In this document: in pieces, positions 10,348 to 19,843 of the stretch
Layout: each line of letters starts with the position of its first letter
Numbering within the stretch: the first letter of the stretch is position 1
From: Gammaproteobacteria bacterium
Lineage (GTDB): Bacteria > Pseudomonadota > Gammaproteobacteria > UBA4575
Direction: 5' to 3'
Length of the DNA stretch: 64,000 nt
Assembly (NCBI GenBank): GCA_965222615.1
Contig: CBDCUI010000008.1
Location: forward strand, 672,001-736,000
Made by a program: the position numbers and the translations under genes
Notes under the pieces: model-generated
Databases searched by the model: none
Seen by the model: the letters and a program-made list of their open reading frames with translations, nothing else
Told to the model about the DNA's origin: nothing

Positions 10348-10578
10348 GTGGCAGAAAGAAAATTAGTTGATGCAAAAAATACATTTTGTCCTGGACCATT
10401 AATGGAGCTCATTGGGCAAATGAAATTAGCTGAAGTTGGTGATGAATTGGAAGTATTGTCCACTGATCAAGGTTCTGCTAATGACATACCTGAATGGATT
10501 AATAAAGTTGGACATGAATTATTAGAAAGTTTTGAAGACGATGGGGTGTGGCACATCATTGTCAAAAAAACAAAATAA
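10348..10578 (+). CDS. tusA: TusA-family sulfurtransferase
   Basis: VDAKNTFCPGPL, STDQGS..DIPEW; GTG start after AGGAG. Confidence 0.85.
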   Translation: MAERKLVDAKNTFCPGPLMELIGQMKLAEVGDELEVLSTDQGSANDIPEWINKVGHELLESFEDDGVWHIIVKKTK

Positions 10579-10632
10579 TTTCTAACTAAATAAACTTTAG
10601 ATAAAAATACTTAAAAGAATAGAGAGGTAACA

Positions 10633-11760
10633 ATGAAAATTTTAATTGTTGGTGGAGGAATGGGTGGTACCATACTGGCGAATAATTTGGCTAGACGCCT
10701 AGATAGTGAGCTAAAGACTGGAAAAGCCAGTATCACGATGTTGTCAGCATCTGACAAGCATATGTATCAGCCGGGCTTATTATACGTTGCGGTAGGTAAG
10801 TTGACCCCAGATGAGTTATACCGAGATCAAATTAGTTTGCTAGAGCCCAGTATTAATTTTCGCGTGGATCCAGTTAAGACATTTAATCTCAAAGAGAATA
10901 ATGTAATTACCGAAAGTGGTAAACAATATGACTATGACATTATTGTTGTTGCAACTGGTTCACGCGGTCATGCCGAAGGTACACCCGGATTAGCTGAGCA
11001 TGCGCTACAGTTTTATACAGAAGCCGATGCGCTGAATATGTATAAGAGTTTGCAAGCATTTGAGGGTGGTAAAGTCGTGGTTGCAGTGGGTGTTCCACAC
11101 AAATGTCCCATGGCTCCACTTGAGATAACTTTTATGCTCATCGATTACTTTAAAGAGCGCGGAATCTGGGACAAAGTACAAATGCACTATACCTATCCAA
11201 TTGGACGAGTGCATAGTTTAGAACCTGTAGCCAACTGGGCGGCTCCAGAGTTTGATCGCTTAGGAGTTACTTACGAAACGCTGTTTAATATGAAAGAAGT
11301 GACTGCCGACAAAGTCTTAAGCGAAGAAGGAACGGAAGCAGATTATGATTTATTAGTTACAATACCTTCACACAAAGGCATGCAAGTAATTGAAGACAAT
11401 GATTTAGGTGCTGGAGGATTTATCCCAACAGACCGCCAGCGCTTAAACATCGAGGGTCATGAAAATGCATTTGTGATTGGCGATACGACTAACTTACCAA
11501 TCAGTAAAGCCGGGTCTACAGCACACTTTGAAGCAGAAGCCCTAGCTGAAAACATTGCCTCGACAATTAAAATTGGCACACCTGTGCGTGACTATGATGG
11601 CAAAGTTTTTTGTTTTATTGAGGCAGGTGAGGGTAAGGCTACATACGCCATGTTTAACTATCAAAATCCACCCGATCCAAAACCTCCAACCAAAGGCATT
11701 CATTGGTTTAAAACAGCCTACAATAAAATGTATTGGGCCAGTGCACGCGGGTTGTTATAA
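10633..11760 (+). CDS. sqr: Sulfide:quinone oxidoreductase-like flavoprotein
   Basis: GGGMGG FAD motif, YQPG, KCPMAPLE, IGD..SKAGS, YDGKVFCF. Confidence 0.8.
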   Translation: MKILIVGGGMGGTILANNLARRLDSELKTGKASITMLSASDKHMYQPGLLYVAVGKLTPDELYRDQISLLEPSINFRVDPVKTFNLKENNVITESGKQYDYDIIVVATGSRGHAEGTPGLAEHALQFYTEADALNMYKSLQAFEGGKVVVAVGVPHKCPMAPLEITFMLIDYFKERGIWDKVQMHYTYPIGRVHSLEPVANWAAPEFDRLGVTYETLFNMKEVTADKVLSEEGTEADYDLLVTIPSHKGMQVIEDNDLGAGGFIPTDRQRLNIEGHENAFVIGDTTNLPISKAGSTAHFEAEALAENIASTIKIGTPVRDYDGKVFCFIEAGEGKATYAMFNYQNPPDPKPPTKGIHWFKTAYNKMYWASARGLL

Positions 11761-11772
11761 AAGGATAAAAAT

Positions 11773-12306
11773 ATGAGCGAATTACAATCAATGCAAACTG
11801 AGGCTGAACGTATTTTTGAAAGTGCTGCGGATGCCTTATCCGATGATATTGTCGGCAGACTGGGTACCACCATGAATGATGGCCTACTGCTTTTGGATCA
11901 AGTTAGTCGAAGTAACTTAGACAAAGCCATTCCCATGATCAATCAGATGGTTGAAAGTGGTGACTTGGAGCGAGTTGTAAATCTTGTCCGAGTACTTGGT
12001 TCTGCTGGCGATGCTTTGAGTGATGACATAGTGGGTCGTCTGAGTGAAATGGTGAGCCAATTATTATGTATTGCAGATCGCATTTCGCGTAATGAGAACT
12101 TACATAAATTATTAGATTTGTTAGAACGCGAGCATATGGTTGATATGTTGGCGAGTATGGCAGAAGCAGCCGCAAGTGCAAAAGCGAGTCATGAGGTTCA
12201 ATCATCTGGAGGTATTGGCGGATTACTAAAAACCGTGAAAGACCCTGAAGTGCAACAAGCTTTACAGTTTATGACTAAATTCAGCACTGCACTTAAGAAT
12301 AGCTAG
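11773..12306 (+). CDS. DUF1641-domain protein
   Basis: Repeated ADALSDDIVGRL; C-terminal GGIGGLLKTVKDPEVQ. Confidence 0.75.
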   Translation: MSELQSMQTEAERIFESAADALSDDIVGRLGTTMNDGLLLLDQVSRSNLDKAIPMINQMVESGDLERVVNLVRVLGSAGDALSDDIVGRLSEMVSQLLCIADRISRNENLHKLLDLLEREHMVDMLASMAEAAASAKASHEVQSSGGIGGLLKTVKDPEVQQALQFMTKFSTALKNS

Positions 12307-12380
12307 TAAAAAATAGCTAAAACAAAAAACTTAGTGTAAGAGCCTCAAGCCGAAGAATGTCACCTTCGGTTAAGGATTTA

Positions 12381-13049
12381 TTAATACTTGCTAGAATAAT
12401 TTAGATCATCGATCCGCGATATCTTTGCGCGTTGGTTTAATCGATAGAACCTGCGTAATTCATTGTGCAAGCATCTAGTGGTCTTGTGTTGCATAGCCAT
12501 TAGGTTTTGGCAGTATAGTGAAGCGTAGGCATTCGCTTTTTGATAACGTGTCAAATGGTCTCTTGCTAAATTTTTCTTGTATTTAGGCTGCGAAAATAAT
12601 AATGACCACACTTCTTGCATCGAAGCGTTATCTTTTTCTAAGCCAATTACAGCAGTAGTGCTAACAAACTTATCGACTTCTGCTTGCAGTTCAAGTTCCA
12701 GTTGTGAAACTGGGCGATCGTAATTGGCATTCCAAACTAAATATAAAAAGTGACTTACACCTTCCAATGCAACCCAAAAATCATGTAAATCCTTTTTGCT
12801 AGTATTTGGTGATGGGTAATCCTCACCAAGTCGTTTGATGAGATCTAAGTCCAAATAAAGTGAAATATCTAAGCAGTTGTCCTGCGGTGATACCAGTAAC
12901 TGTTCTAACACATCCTCATCGATAGAGCTGTTGAGGAGTAGATTGGCCATTTGCTTATCAGTAATCAAGAAATCATCCACATTCTGCGGCACAGAAATTT
13001 CATAAATCGATTCAAGATTTTTTTGTATGCTGGAAAGCAAATTAGACAT
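12381..13049 (-). CDS. Conserved hypothetical protein (possible zincin-like fold)
   Basis: 222-aa ORF; LEGVSHF..ELELQAEVDKF motif. Confidence 0.75.
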   Translation of the reverse strand: MSNLLSSIQKNLESIYEISVPQNVDDFLITDKQMANLLLNSSIDEDVLEQLLVSPQDNCLDISLYLDLDLIKRLGEDYPSPNTSKKDLHDFWVALEGVSHFLYLVWNANYDRPVSQLELELQAEVDKFVSTTAVIGLEKDNASMQEVWSLLFSQPKYKKNLARDHLTRYQKANAYASLYCQNLMAMQHKTTRCLHNELRRFYRLNQRAKISRIDDLNYSSKY

Positions 13050-13065
13050 CAGCGTATAAGCAAGT

Positions 13066-13671
13066 TTATTGTCGCAACATACTTGTAGTATGTCCTATGG
13101 GTTGTACGCCAGACTCAATTAATATTTTATGAGCGCGTTTACTTCCAGTGCGTAGCCAAATCTCATAGGTGCGCAATAAATTTTTATTTAATTGGTTTTG
13201 ATTTTCATTGATGTCAGATAAAACATCAGCAAAATCGACAAACTTATTGGCAAGCTCATAGAAAACTTCATTGAGGGATGAATCATATATATTTATAGTG
13301 TTGCTTTCTGAAAGATGACTGTATGCAGAGCCGCCCATGGCAACATAGTAATCAACATCAACGGCTTTAGTGTTTAAACTGTCAGCAAATATGCCGCAAA
13401 TAAAGAGTGTGATATCACCCAAACGCCGCAATGCTAAATCACGTTCGTGTTTGGTATCAGAATTAAGTGCGTCAGAATAGTGCAGCGCTAATGGTTTATG
13501 TGGTGATCTTCCTTCACAAACATCTACAAAGTTCTCAGAGCGTGAAAAGTTATTGAGCAAATTGGCAAGGTAAATAATGGTGTAGTCTGTAGCTTGTACA
13601 TTATGTTTGCGCAGAGAGCTGTGCAAATAATCATGGAAGTAATTTTGTAAACTTTCCTGTTTGACAAGCAT
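13066..13671 (-). CDS. Conserved hypothetical protein
   Basis: 201-aa ORF; YLANLL, LRRLGDITLF, DYYVAMGGSAY; 16 bp from the next gene, so probably an operon. Confidence 0.75.
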   Translation of the reverse strand: MLVKQESLQNYFHDYLHSSLRKHNVQATDYTIIYLANLLNNFSRSENFVDVCEGRSPHKPLALHYSDALNSDTKHERDLALRRLGDITLFICGIFADSLNTKAVDVDYYVAMGGSAYSHLSESNTINIYDSSLNEVFYELANKFVDFADVLSDINENQNQLNKNLLRTYEIWLRTGSKRAHKILIESGVQPIGHTTSMLRQ

Positions 13672-13875
13672 TAGAAAATCCTTGTATTACTTGTATATGA
13701 TTTTTACCTCATTTACACATATGAATTCAATTAATAATGGATTGACGGTTATACCATTTATCAGGTTAATATCACCAAACTGGCTCAAAAATACGAGTAG
13801 TTCACATTTAATACTCAGAAAGTAAAAAGATAACTAAGTTCAGTCTTAACGATTAATTTTGAACTTGAATATATA

Positions 13876-13902
13876 TAAGCACTCGTCAGGTAAGAGTGCT
13901 AA
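13876..13902 (-). promoter_or_regulatory. CIRCE element (HrcA operator)
   Basis: Minus strand TTAGCACTC-ttacctgac-GAGTGCTTA: one mismatch to TTAGCACTC-N9-GAGTGCTAA. Confidence 0.85.
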
Positions 13903-13928
13903 CTTGGTTGCAAGGTTAGCTGTATAAC

Positions 13929-14058
13929 TATTTTTTATTTAGATTTTCAATTTTTGTCCGAGAGTTTTATAGGATATTTATTTCTTATGCATTTTTTCAA
14001 TTTTTGCCCGAGAGCTCGCAAGCTATTTATCTCTTACGTGCTTTTTCAATTTTTGCCC
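13929..14058. repeat. Three degenerate ~49-50 bp tandem copies of the glnS 3' end
   Basis: tcaatttttg(t/c)cc at 13947, 13997 and 14046; tatttat(t/c)tctta at 13975 and 14024. Confidence 0.7.
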
Positions 14059-15703
14059 ATGTATCGCGTAATGTCGCAATTCGATTAAAGACAAGGTTTT
14101 CATCACTACTGTGATGCAGGTCTAAACAAAAATACCCTTGACGTTCAAATTGAATACGGTCATTCACTGTGAGTGATTTTGCGTGTGGTTCGATTTTAGA
14201 ATCTTTATGAATGACTAGTGATTTATCGTTTAATGTAGACGGAAAATCTTCATGCGCAGCAGGGTCGGGCACATTAAATAAACGGTCATAAAGTCTGGCT
14301 TCCACATTTACTGCATGTTTTGCAGAGACCCAGTGAATAATTCCTTTGAGTTTCTTTTTATTACTGCCTTTGCTGTCTGGATCATATTGGCAACGCAACT
14401 CAGTTATTTCTCCAGCATTATTTTTAATTACCTCGATACATTTAATATCATAGGCATTACGAAGACGCACTTCTTTACCTGGCGAAAGTCGAAAAAACTT
14501 CTTAGGTGGGTCTTGCATAAAATCGTCACGCTCAATAAATATAGTGTTTGAAAAAGGAATTTTACGGGTTCCAAAACTTGGGTCCTTAGGATGATTGTTA
14601 ACGCTAAATTCTTCTTCTTGATCAGTCGGATAGTTTTCAATGGTAACTTTGAGAGGATTTAATACACACATCATTCTTGGTGCGTGTGGTTCTAGTTCTT
14701 CACGGATGCAATTTTCCAGTACTCCCATTTCAATGAAGGCATCTTTTTTAGTGATGCCAATGCGATCACAAAACATTCGAATCGCTTCAGGCGTAATACC
14801 TCTACGCCGCATACCTGAAATTGTCGGCATGCGTGGGTCATCCCAGCCATCGACATGGCCGCCCTCGACCAGCAGATTTAATTTACGTTTACTAGTTATG
14901 GTGTACTCAACTGAAAGTCTCGCAAACTCTATTTGCTGCGGGTGACAGGGCGTTTTTAATTCGTCCAGAACCCAGTCATATAAAGGTCGATGATCTTCAA
15001 ATTCTAAAGTGCATAAGGAATGTGTAATTTGCTCTATAGCGTCAGAGATGCAATGAGTGTAATCATACATAGGATAGATACACCATTTATCATCAGTGCG
15101 TGGATGTGTTGCATATTTAATACGATAAATTACGGGATCACGCATATTGATGTTTGGTGAAGTCATATCGATTTTGGCGCGCAATACATGTTCGCCTTCC
15201 TTAAATTCTCCTGCACGCATGCGTTCAAACAATTCAAGATTCTCTTCAACTGTGCGGTCTCGATAAGGACTTTCTTTACCTGGCTCAGTTAAAGTGCCAC
15301 GCTGTTGTCGAATTTCCTCCGTACTCAAACTGCAAACATAGGCTTTTTCAGAGCGAATGAGTTGTAGAGCATATTCATATAGTTGTTCAAAATAATCAGA
15401 AGCATATTTAAGTCTTGCCCAATTAAAACCTAACCAAGCAACATCTTCTCGAATGGCATCAATATATTCCTGACTTTCTTTTTCAGGATTTGTGTCATCA
15501 AAGCGTAAATTACATTCGCCGTTATAATCTTCTGCTATACCGAAGTTCAAACAGATCGATTTTGCATGGCCGATATGTAAATAACCATTTGGCTCGGGGG
15601 GGAATCGAGTAACAACTTTGCCATTATTTTTTCCATTTGCTAAATCTTGATCAATAATTTGGCGTATAAAATTAGATGGTTGTTCTGAAGTCGTATTACT
15701 CAT
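14027..15703 (-). CDS. glnS: Glutamine--tRNA ligase
   Basis: [30 protein letters not shown]. Confidence 0.97.
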   Translation of the reverse strand: MSNTTSEQPSNFIRQIIDQDLANGKNNGKVVTRFPPEPNGYLHIGHAKSICLNFGIAEDYNGECNLRFDDTNPEKESQEYIDAIREDVAWLGFNWARLKYASDYFEQLYEYALQLIRSEKAYVCSLSTEEIRQQRGTLTEPGKESPYRDRTVEENLELFERMRAGEFKEGEHVLRAKIDMTSPNINMRDPVIYRIKYATHPRTDDKWCIYPMYDYTHCISDAIEQITHSLCTLEFEDHRPLYDWVLDELKTPCHPQQIEFARLSVEYTITSKRKLNLLVEGGHVDGWDDPRMPTISGMRRRGITPEAIRMFCDRIGITKKDAFIEMGVLENCIREELEPHAPRMMCVLNPLKVTIENYPTDQEEEFSVNNHPKDPSFGTRKIPFSNTIFIERDDFMQDPPKKFFRLSPGKEVRLRNAYDIKCIEVIKNNAGEITELRCQYDPDSKGSNKKKLKGIIHWVSAKHAVNVEARLYDRLFNVPDPAAHEDFPSTLNDKSLVIHKDSKIEPHAKSLTVNDRIQFERQGYFCLDLHHSSDENLVFNRIATLRDTWAKIEKARKR

Positions 15704-15776
15704 TTAATGAATTGTTTAATGTAGAATGTTAAATTAGTGCAATATAAGTACTAATATATTTTATACAAGAAATTGG

Positions 15777-16331
15777 GTGACTAAATTGAATCCTCTAATA
15801 AGAAAAATATTAATCATAGCAGCACCTCTCATCCTAAAAAAACTCTTTCGCGGTAGGGGTGGAAAAAGCATCTTTAAGTTTGTTGGCTTATTTTTATTGG
15901 CAATAATTTTTCTAATCTGGTTATTGTCAAGAATTGAGTTCGCACCACCATTTCAAGATTCTGATGTACCAGTATCGGAAAGTAAAGAAAGCCGCCAAGC
16001 TGAATCTCCTGATATTCGCACTTTATTTGAAGAACAGCGGTCTGGAGTTATGGTTGCAGCTGAAGGCAATGTTACACGAATTTTGTCGGATGATAACGAA
16101 GGGTCCAGGCATCAGCGTTTTATTATCTCGGTACCAAATGAGCTATCTCTATTAATTACCCATAATATCGATTTGGCACCCCGCGTTCCTATACAAGTTA
16201 ACGATCAGATTTCAATTTATGGGCAGTATGAGTGGAATAACAAAGGTGGTTTAATTCACTGGACTCACCACGACCCAAAAAACCTACGTCCAGGAGGATG
16301 GATCAAACATAAAAATAAAAAATACGAATAA
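15777..16331 (+). CDS. DUF3465-domain membrane-anchored protein
   Basis: DDNEGSRHQRF, HNIDLAPR, IHWTHHDP, GGWI. Confidence 0.8.
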   Translation: MTKLNPLIRKILIIAAPLILKKLFRGRGGKSIFKFVGLFLLAIIFLIWLLSRIEFAPPFQDSDVPVSESKESRQAESPDIRTLFEEQRSGVMVAAEGNVTRILSDDNEGSRHQRFIISVPNELSLLITHNIDLAPRVPIQVNDQISIYGQYEWNNKGGLIHWTHHDPKNLRPGGWIKHKNKKYE

Positions 16332-16334
16332 GTA

Positions 16335-17039
16335 CTATGAAGGGTTTGCATTTGCACTCAAGTATTTATTATAACGTACTAGAACTTTTTTAACATAGCT
16401 TTTCGTTTCAGCATAAGGTGGAATACCACCGTATTTTTCCACCGCAAGTGGTCCAGCATTATATGCTGCAAGTGCTAACTCAGTATTATTATTAAAACGC
16501 GCTAGCATTTTACTAAAATAAAGAATACCGCCACGAATATTATCATTTGCATTAAATACATTGTGTACACCCAGCTTTTTAGCTGTAGAAGGCATGAGTT
16601 GCATCAGACCTTTTGCGCCTACGGAAGATATGGCACGACGATCAAAACAAGATTCCACTGCAATAATGGCTTTTACTAACTTTGGATCAACTTCATAGGC
16701 CTTGGCATAAGTGGTAATTGTTGGCATATAGTCTGCAGCACGTTTTTCTAATTTTGTTGGTGTCATATTTCTACATGAGACAACTGCAGTTGGCCTGCCA
16801 ATAGTTGCCATTAATGTGTATTTTTCATTAGGCATTTTTCTATCTGTGATCCAGCTAGTGCCATCTTTTTCTTTATATACGTAAAATTCCGCGTGAATTT
16901 GCAGCGGCATAAAACTGAATGCAAGGCACATCCAAACTAGAAAAGTAATAAAAAGGTTATAATATGTACGGTTCATCCTGGTATTGAGAGGAACTAATTG
17001 AAAACGATTGTATCGAATTAGCGTTTTCTGATTTTTCAT
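16335..17039 (-). CDS. Lytic transglycosylase (SLT domain); true start may be downstream of the ORF start
   Basis: AIIAVES, GAKGLMQLMP, ALAAYNAG, ETKSYV. Confidence 0.9.
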   Translation of the reverse strand: MKNQKTLIRYNRFQLVPLNTRMNRTYYNLFITFLVWMCLAFSFMPLQIHAEFYVYKEKDGTSWITDRKMPNEKYTLMATIGRPTAVVSCRNMTPTKLEKRAADYMPTITTYAKAYEVDPKLVKAIIAVESCFDRRAISSVGAKGLMQLMPSTAKKLGVHNVFNANDNIRGGILYFSKMLARFNNNTELALAAYNAGPLAVEKYGGIPPYAETKSYVKKVLVRYNKYLSANANPS

Positions 17040-17158
17040 TCTATTCCTTGAATCTTGCCATTTATCTACTAGATTAGTCTAAAGTCATTGTGAATTAAAC
17101 ACTAATACTAACTGGATACCAGAATAATTGACATATTATTAGAAACCAAGCCATAAAA

Positions 17159-17995
17159 ATGAAGATTTTGGAGCCTCAAACCAATACAAGCAAAGCTTTT
17201 TCATTACCTCTGGATGTAGATGATATAAAAGAAAACTTAAGCAACTTAAATATTGACTATATAAGAAATATTGAGGTTTTGCAGAGCACAACTTCAACTA
17301 ACGACTATTTGCTACAAAAAAAATATGTCGAACAAAGTGAAATTGCCGTTTGTGTTGCAGAAGAACAGACATGTGGCCGGGGTCGTTTTGGTCATCAATG
17401 GCAATCGCCAAAAGGAGTGAATGTATACCTTTCATTACTGTGGCCAGTAATGGAATGGTATCAACGTTATGAAATTCTTGGTTTGCATTTATTGACTTCG
17501 ATGGCAAAGATGTTTGAGCAGTTAGAAATTTCCAATATACAATTAAAATGGCCAAATGATCTATGTATTAACGAAAAAAAATTAGGGGGAATATTGATAG
17601 AACGCAAGTCATTTCAGTCAATACATAATTTAATTATTGGAGTGGGTATCAATGTTACGATGTCTTCTGTTGCGCCAATTCGAATAGAAACACCCTGGAT
17701 CGATTTAATATCCATTCATCCAGATTGGCAAATGTCGAGAAACGAGTTGACCGCACGAATTGTTTCAGTAGTAGCTGAAACACTATCTAAATTAGAAAAC
17801 GACGATCAAGTGGATTTAACTTCAATATGGCAACGTTATGATCTACTGTATCAACGTAAAATCGAGTTCACGCATGATGAGCAACGTAAAACCGGAGTGG
17901 CACAAGGTATAGATAAGGAAGGGAAAATTATTATAGAGATGGAGGGAAGACGATTTCATCTGCATAGTGCACATCTAAGTGATATAACGTTATGA
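17159..17995 (+). CDS. birA: Biotin--[acetyl-CoA-carboxylase] ligase (no N-terminal HTH)
   Basis: STN, QTCGRGRFG, KWPND, KLGGILIE, GVGIN. Confidence 0.92.
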   Translation: MKILEPQTNTSKAFSLPLDVDDIKENLSNLNIDYIRNIEVLQSTTSTNDYLLQKKYVEQSEIAVCVAEEQTCGRGRFGHQWQSPKGVNVYLSLLWPVMEWYQRYEILGLHLLTSMAKMFEQLEISNIQLKWPNDLCINEKKLGGILIERKSFQSIHNLIIGVGINVTMSSVAPIRIETPWIDLISIHPDWQMSRNELTARIVSVVAETLSKLENDDQVDLTSIWQRYDLLYQRKIEFTHDEQRKTGVAQGIDKEGKIIIEMEGRRFHLHSAHLSDITL

Positions 17996-18750
17996 ACTTG
18001 CTCTTAGATATTGGTAATAGCCGTTGCAAATTTGCACTTTTAGAAAACTCAGGAGTTCAAGAATATGGCGCAATTATTCATGCTTCTAAAGACAAAATTT
18101 CTGCAACAGAAACTCTGTTAAGGGATGTTAAACCCATTAATAAAGTTGTTGTTTGCTCGGTTTTAGGTGTTGAGTTTAATCAACAATTAATAGAAGTATT
18201 TAATAAACATCAAATTGGTGAATATTATTTTCTAGACCCTGTGGTGAATTCCTTTGGTATCCAACATTGTTATCAAACGCCAAAACACCTTGGTGCGGAT
18301 AGATTAGCAGTATTAATTGCCGCTAATGAAAAATATAAGGGCAGTAAATGTATTATAGATTGTGGGACAGCGATAACGATTGATGGAATTGATGCGATGG
18401 GAAAACATTTAGGTGGTGTAATACTTCCTGGTATTAAAAGTATGCATGCGGCATTAACGGACGATACAGAAATTCACTTTGTTGATACGGCAAATGGCGG
18501 TGAAAGAATAGGATGTTTTAATAGCTTGTCAAATTCGACACAAGATGCAATCTATACTGGGTGTTTAAGTGCGGTAGTAGGCGGAATAGAATACGTTGTT
18601 AATGCAATGCAGAAGCAGAGTAATTTATTTGATAAAATAATAATAACGGGAGGCGATGCGGGGATAATCTTGCCAAAAATTAATCTGAAGATAGAACATA
18701 TTCCAACGTTGGTATTAGATGGTTTGGGTGTTGTTTTGAAAAAGTTGTAG
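17992..18750 (+). CDS. coaX: Type III pantothenate kinase
   Basis: LDIGNSRCK, LGADR, IDCGTAIT, GGVILPG, TGGDA. Confidence 0.92.
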   Translation: MNLLLDIGNSRCKFALLENSGVQEYGAIIHASKDKISATETLLRDVKPINKVVVCSVLGVEFNQQLIEVFNKHQIGEYYFLDPVVNSFGIQHCYQTPKHLGADRLAVLIAANEKYKGSKCIIDCGTAITIDGIDAMGKHLGGVILPGIKSMHAALTDDTEIHFVDTANGGERIGCFNSLSNSTQDAIYTGCLSAVVGGIEYVVNAMQKQSNLFDKIIITGGDAGIILPKINLKIEHIPTLVLDGLGVVLKKL

Positions 18751-18752
18751 TC

Positions 18753-19484
18753 ATGCGATCTTTGTTTATTCTTTTGGCCGTGATGAATATATGTTATTTA
18801 TTATGGGGGGTCGCGTTTTCAAAAAAGGATGAACCTGAAGTAACCCAAGTCATTGTGCCCGGTGCTCAACAACTAACATTATTGGCTGAAAAACCAAACG
18901 AAATTGTTGCACGAAGAATTACTGCGAATAACAATACTGCATCTTCGAAGGCGAAGACAAAGAAATTAAAGAAAAATGATAAACCTAAAGAGTTAGTATC
19001 TAAAAAATGTTTCTCCATTGGGCCATATTTTGAAGACGAGGTGATTGCTAAATTAGAGAAGAAACTAGAAAAAGCTGGACATGAACCCGCGCGTAAATCC
19101 ATTACAGATAAAGAGCCAAAATCATATTGGGTATATATGCCGGCAGCAAAAACTATGGAAGATGCCAAATTAATGGCAGAGGAACTAAAGGCAGCACAAG
19201 TCAAAGACTACTTTATTATTCGTACTGGCAAACGCGCGAATGCAATTTCATTAGGACTATATAATGGCTATAACCGTGCAAAATTGAGAAAGTCGGATTT
19301 AAATAAATTAGGGTTTAAGGTATCCATACAAACACGTTATAAAGAAGTAACACGTCATTGGTTGGATTTTCATGAAACAGCGTCAAAAAAAGTAAAAAGG
19401 ACAGACTGGAAACGCGACGACAAGGATAATGTGCTACAAAAACTAGCTCGACCGTGTGTCGATCCATTGCCTGAAACAAGCTAA
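18753..19484 (+). CDS. SPOR-domain protein
   Basis: N-terminal TM, CFSIGP, YWVY, NAISLG; birA-coaX-SPOR context. Confidence 0.8.
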   Translation: MRSLFILLAVMNICYLLWGVAFSKKDEPEVTQVIVPGAQQLTLLAEKPNEIVARRITANNNTASSKAKTKKLKKNDKPKELVSKKCFSIGPYFEDEVIAKLEKKLEKAGHEPARKSITDKEPKSYWVYMPAAKTMEDAKLMAEELKAAQVKDYFIIRTGKRANAISLGLYNGYNRAKLRKSDLNKLGFKVSIQTRYKEVTRHWLDFHETASKKVKRTDWKRDDKDNVLQKLARPCVDPLPETS

Positions 19485-19516
19485 TTCTTTACACTAAATT
19501 GTATTCAAATGCATGT

Positions 19517-19592
19517 GCTGGCGTAGCTCAGTTGGTAGAGCAGCTGATTTGTAATCAGCAGGTCGTAGGTTCAAATCCTATCGCCAGCTCCA
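19517..19592 (+). tRNA. tRNA-Thr(TGT)
   Basis: 76-nt cloverleaf, anticodon arm gctga-tttgtaa-tcagc, encoded CCA. Confidence 0.97.
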
Positions 19593-19804
19593 AATAATAT
19601 AAGCCTGCTAACAGCAGGCTTATATTATTTGAATTGGGTTGTATTTGAACCTACGATAAAGATAAGGAGGTTCAACAAATTTGTCTGGAACAAATTTGAA
19701 CGTTGCAGTGAAACTGCAACGTCCCGAAGGGTGGAGGACAGGATGTCCGAAATAATCCTATCGCCAGCTCCAAATAATATAAGCCTGCTGTTAGCAGGCT
19801 TGTA
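19574..19804 (+). repeat. tRNA-linked 180-bp-period duplication of the tRNA-Thr 3' end plus terminator
   Basis: aatcctatcgccagctccaaataatataagcctgct at 19574 and 19754. Confidence 0.9.
19598..19624 (+). terminator. Hairpin terminator after tRNA-Thr (second copy near 19780-19801)
   Basis: tataagcctgct-aac-agcaggcttata. Confidence 0.75.
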
Positions 19805-19843
19805 TAAAGTGAATTTAACGTCTAAGTAACATCTCAATTAGAA

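Noticed and set aside
5339-12306. Selenocysteine (TGA) readthrough in TusA/DsrE/Sqr given the nearby selU
   Set aside because: The ORFs are complete with normal Cys codons; no in-frame TGA needed
13929-14058. Possible CRISPR-like array
   Set aside because: Only three degenerate units, one inside glnS; no unique spacers of proper length; no cas genes
19754-19772. tRNA-Thr 3' duplicate as the attR of a genomic island
   Set aside because: Only 180 bp from the tRNA, with no integrase; treated as a tRNA-linked repeat
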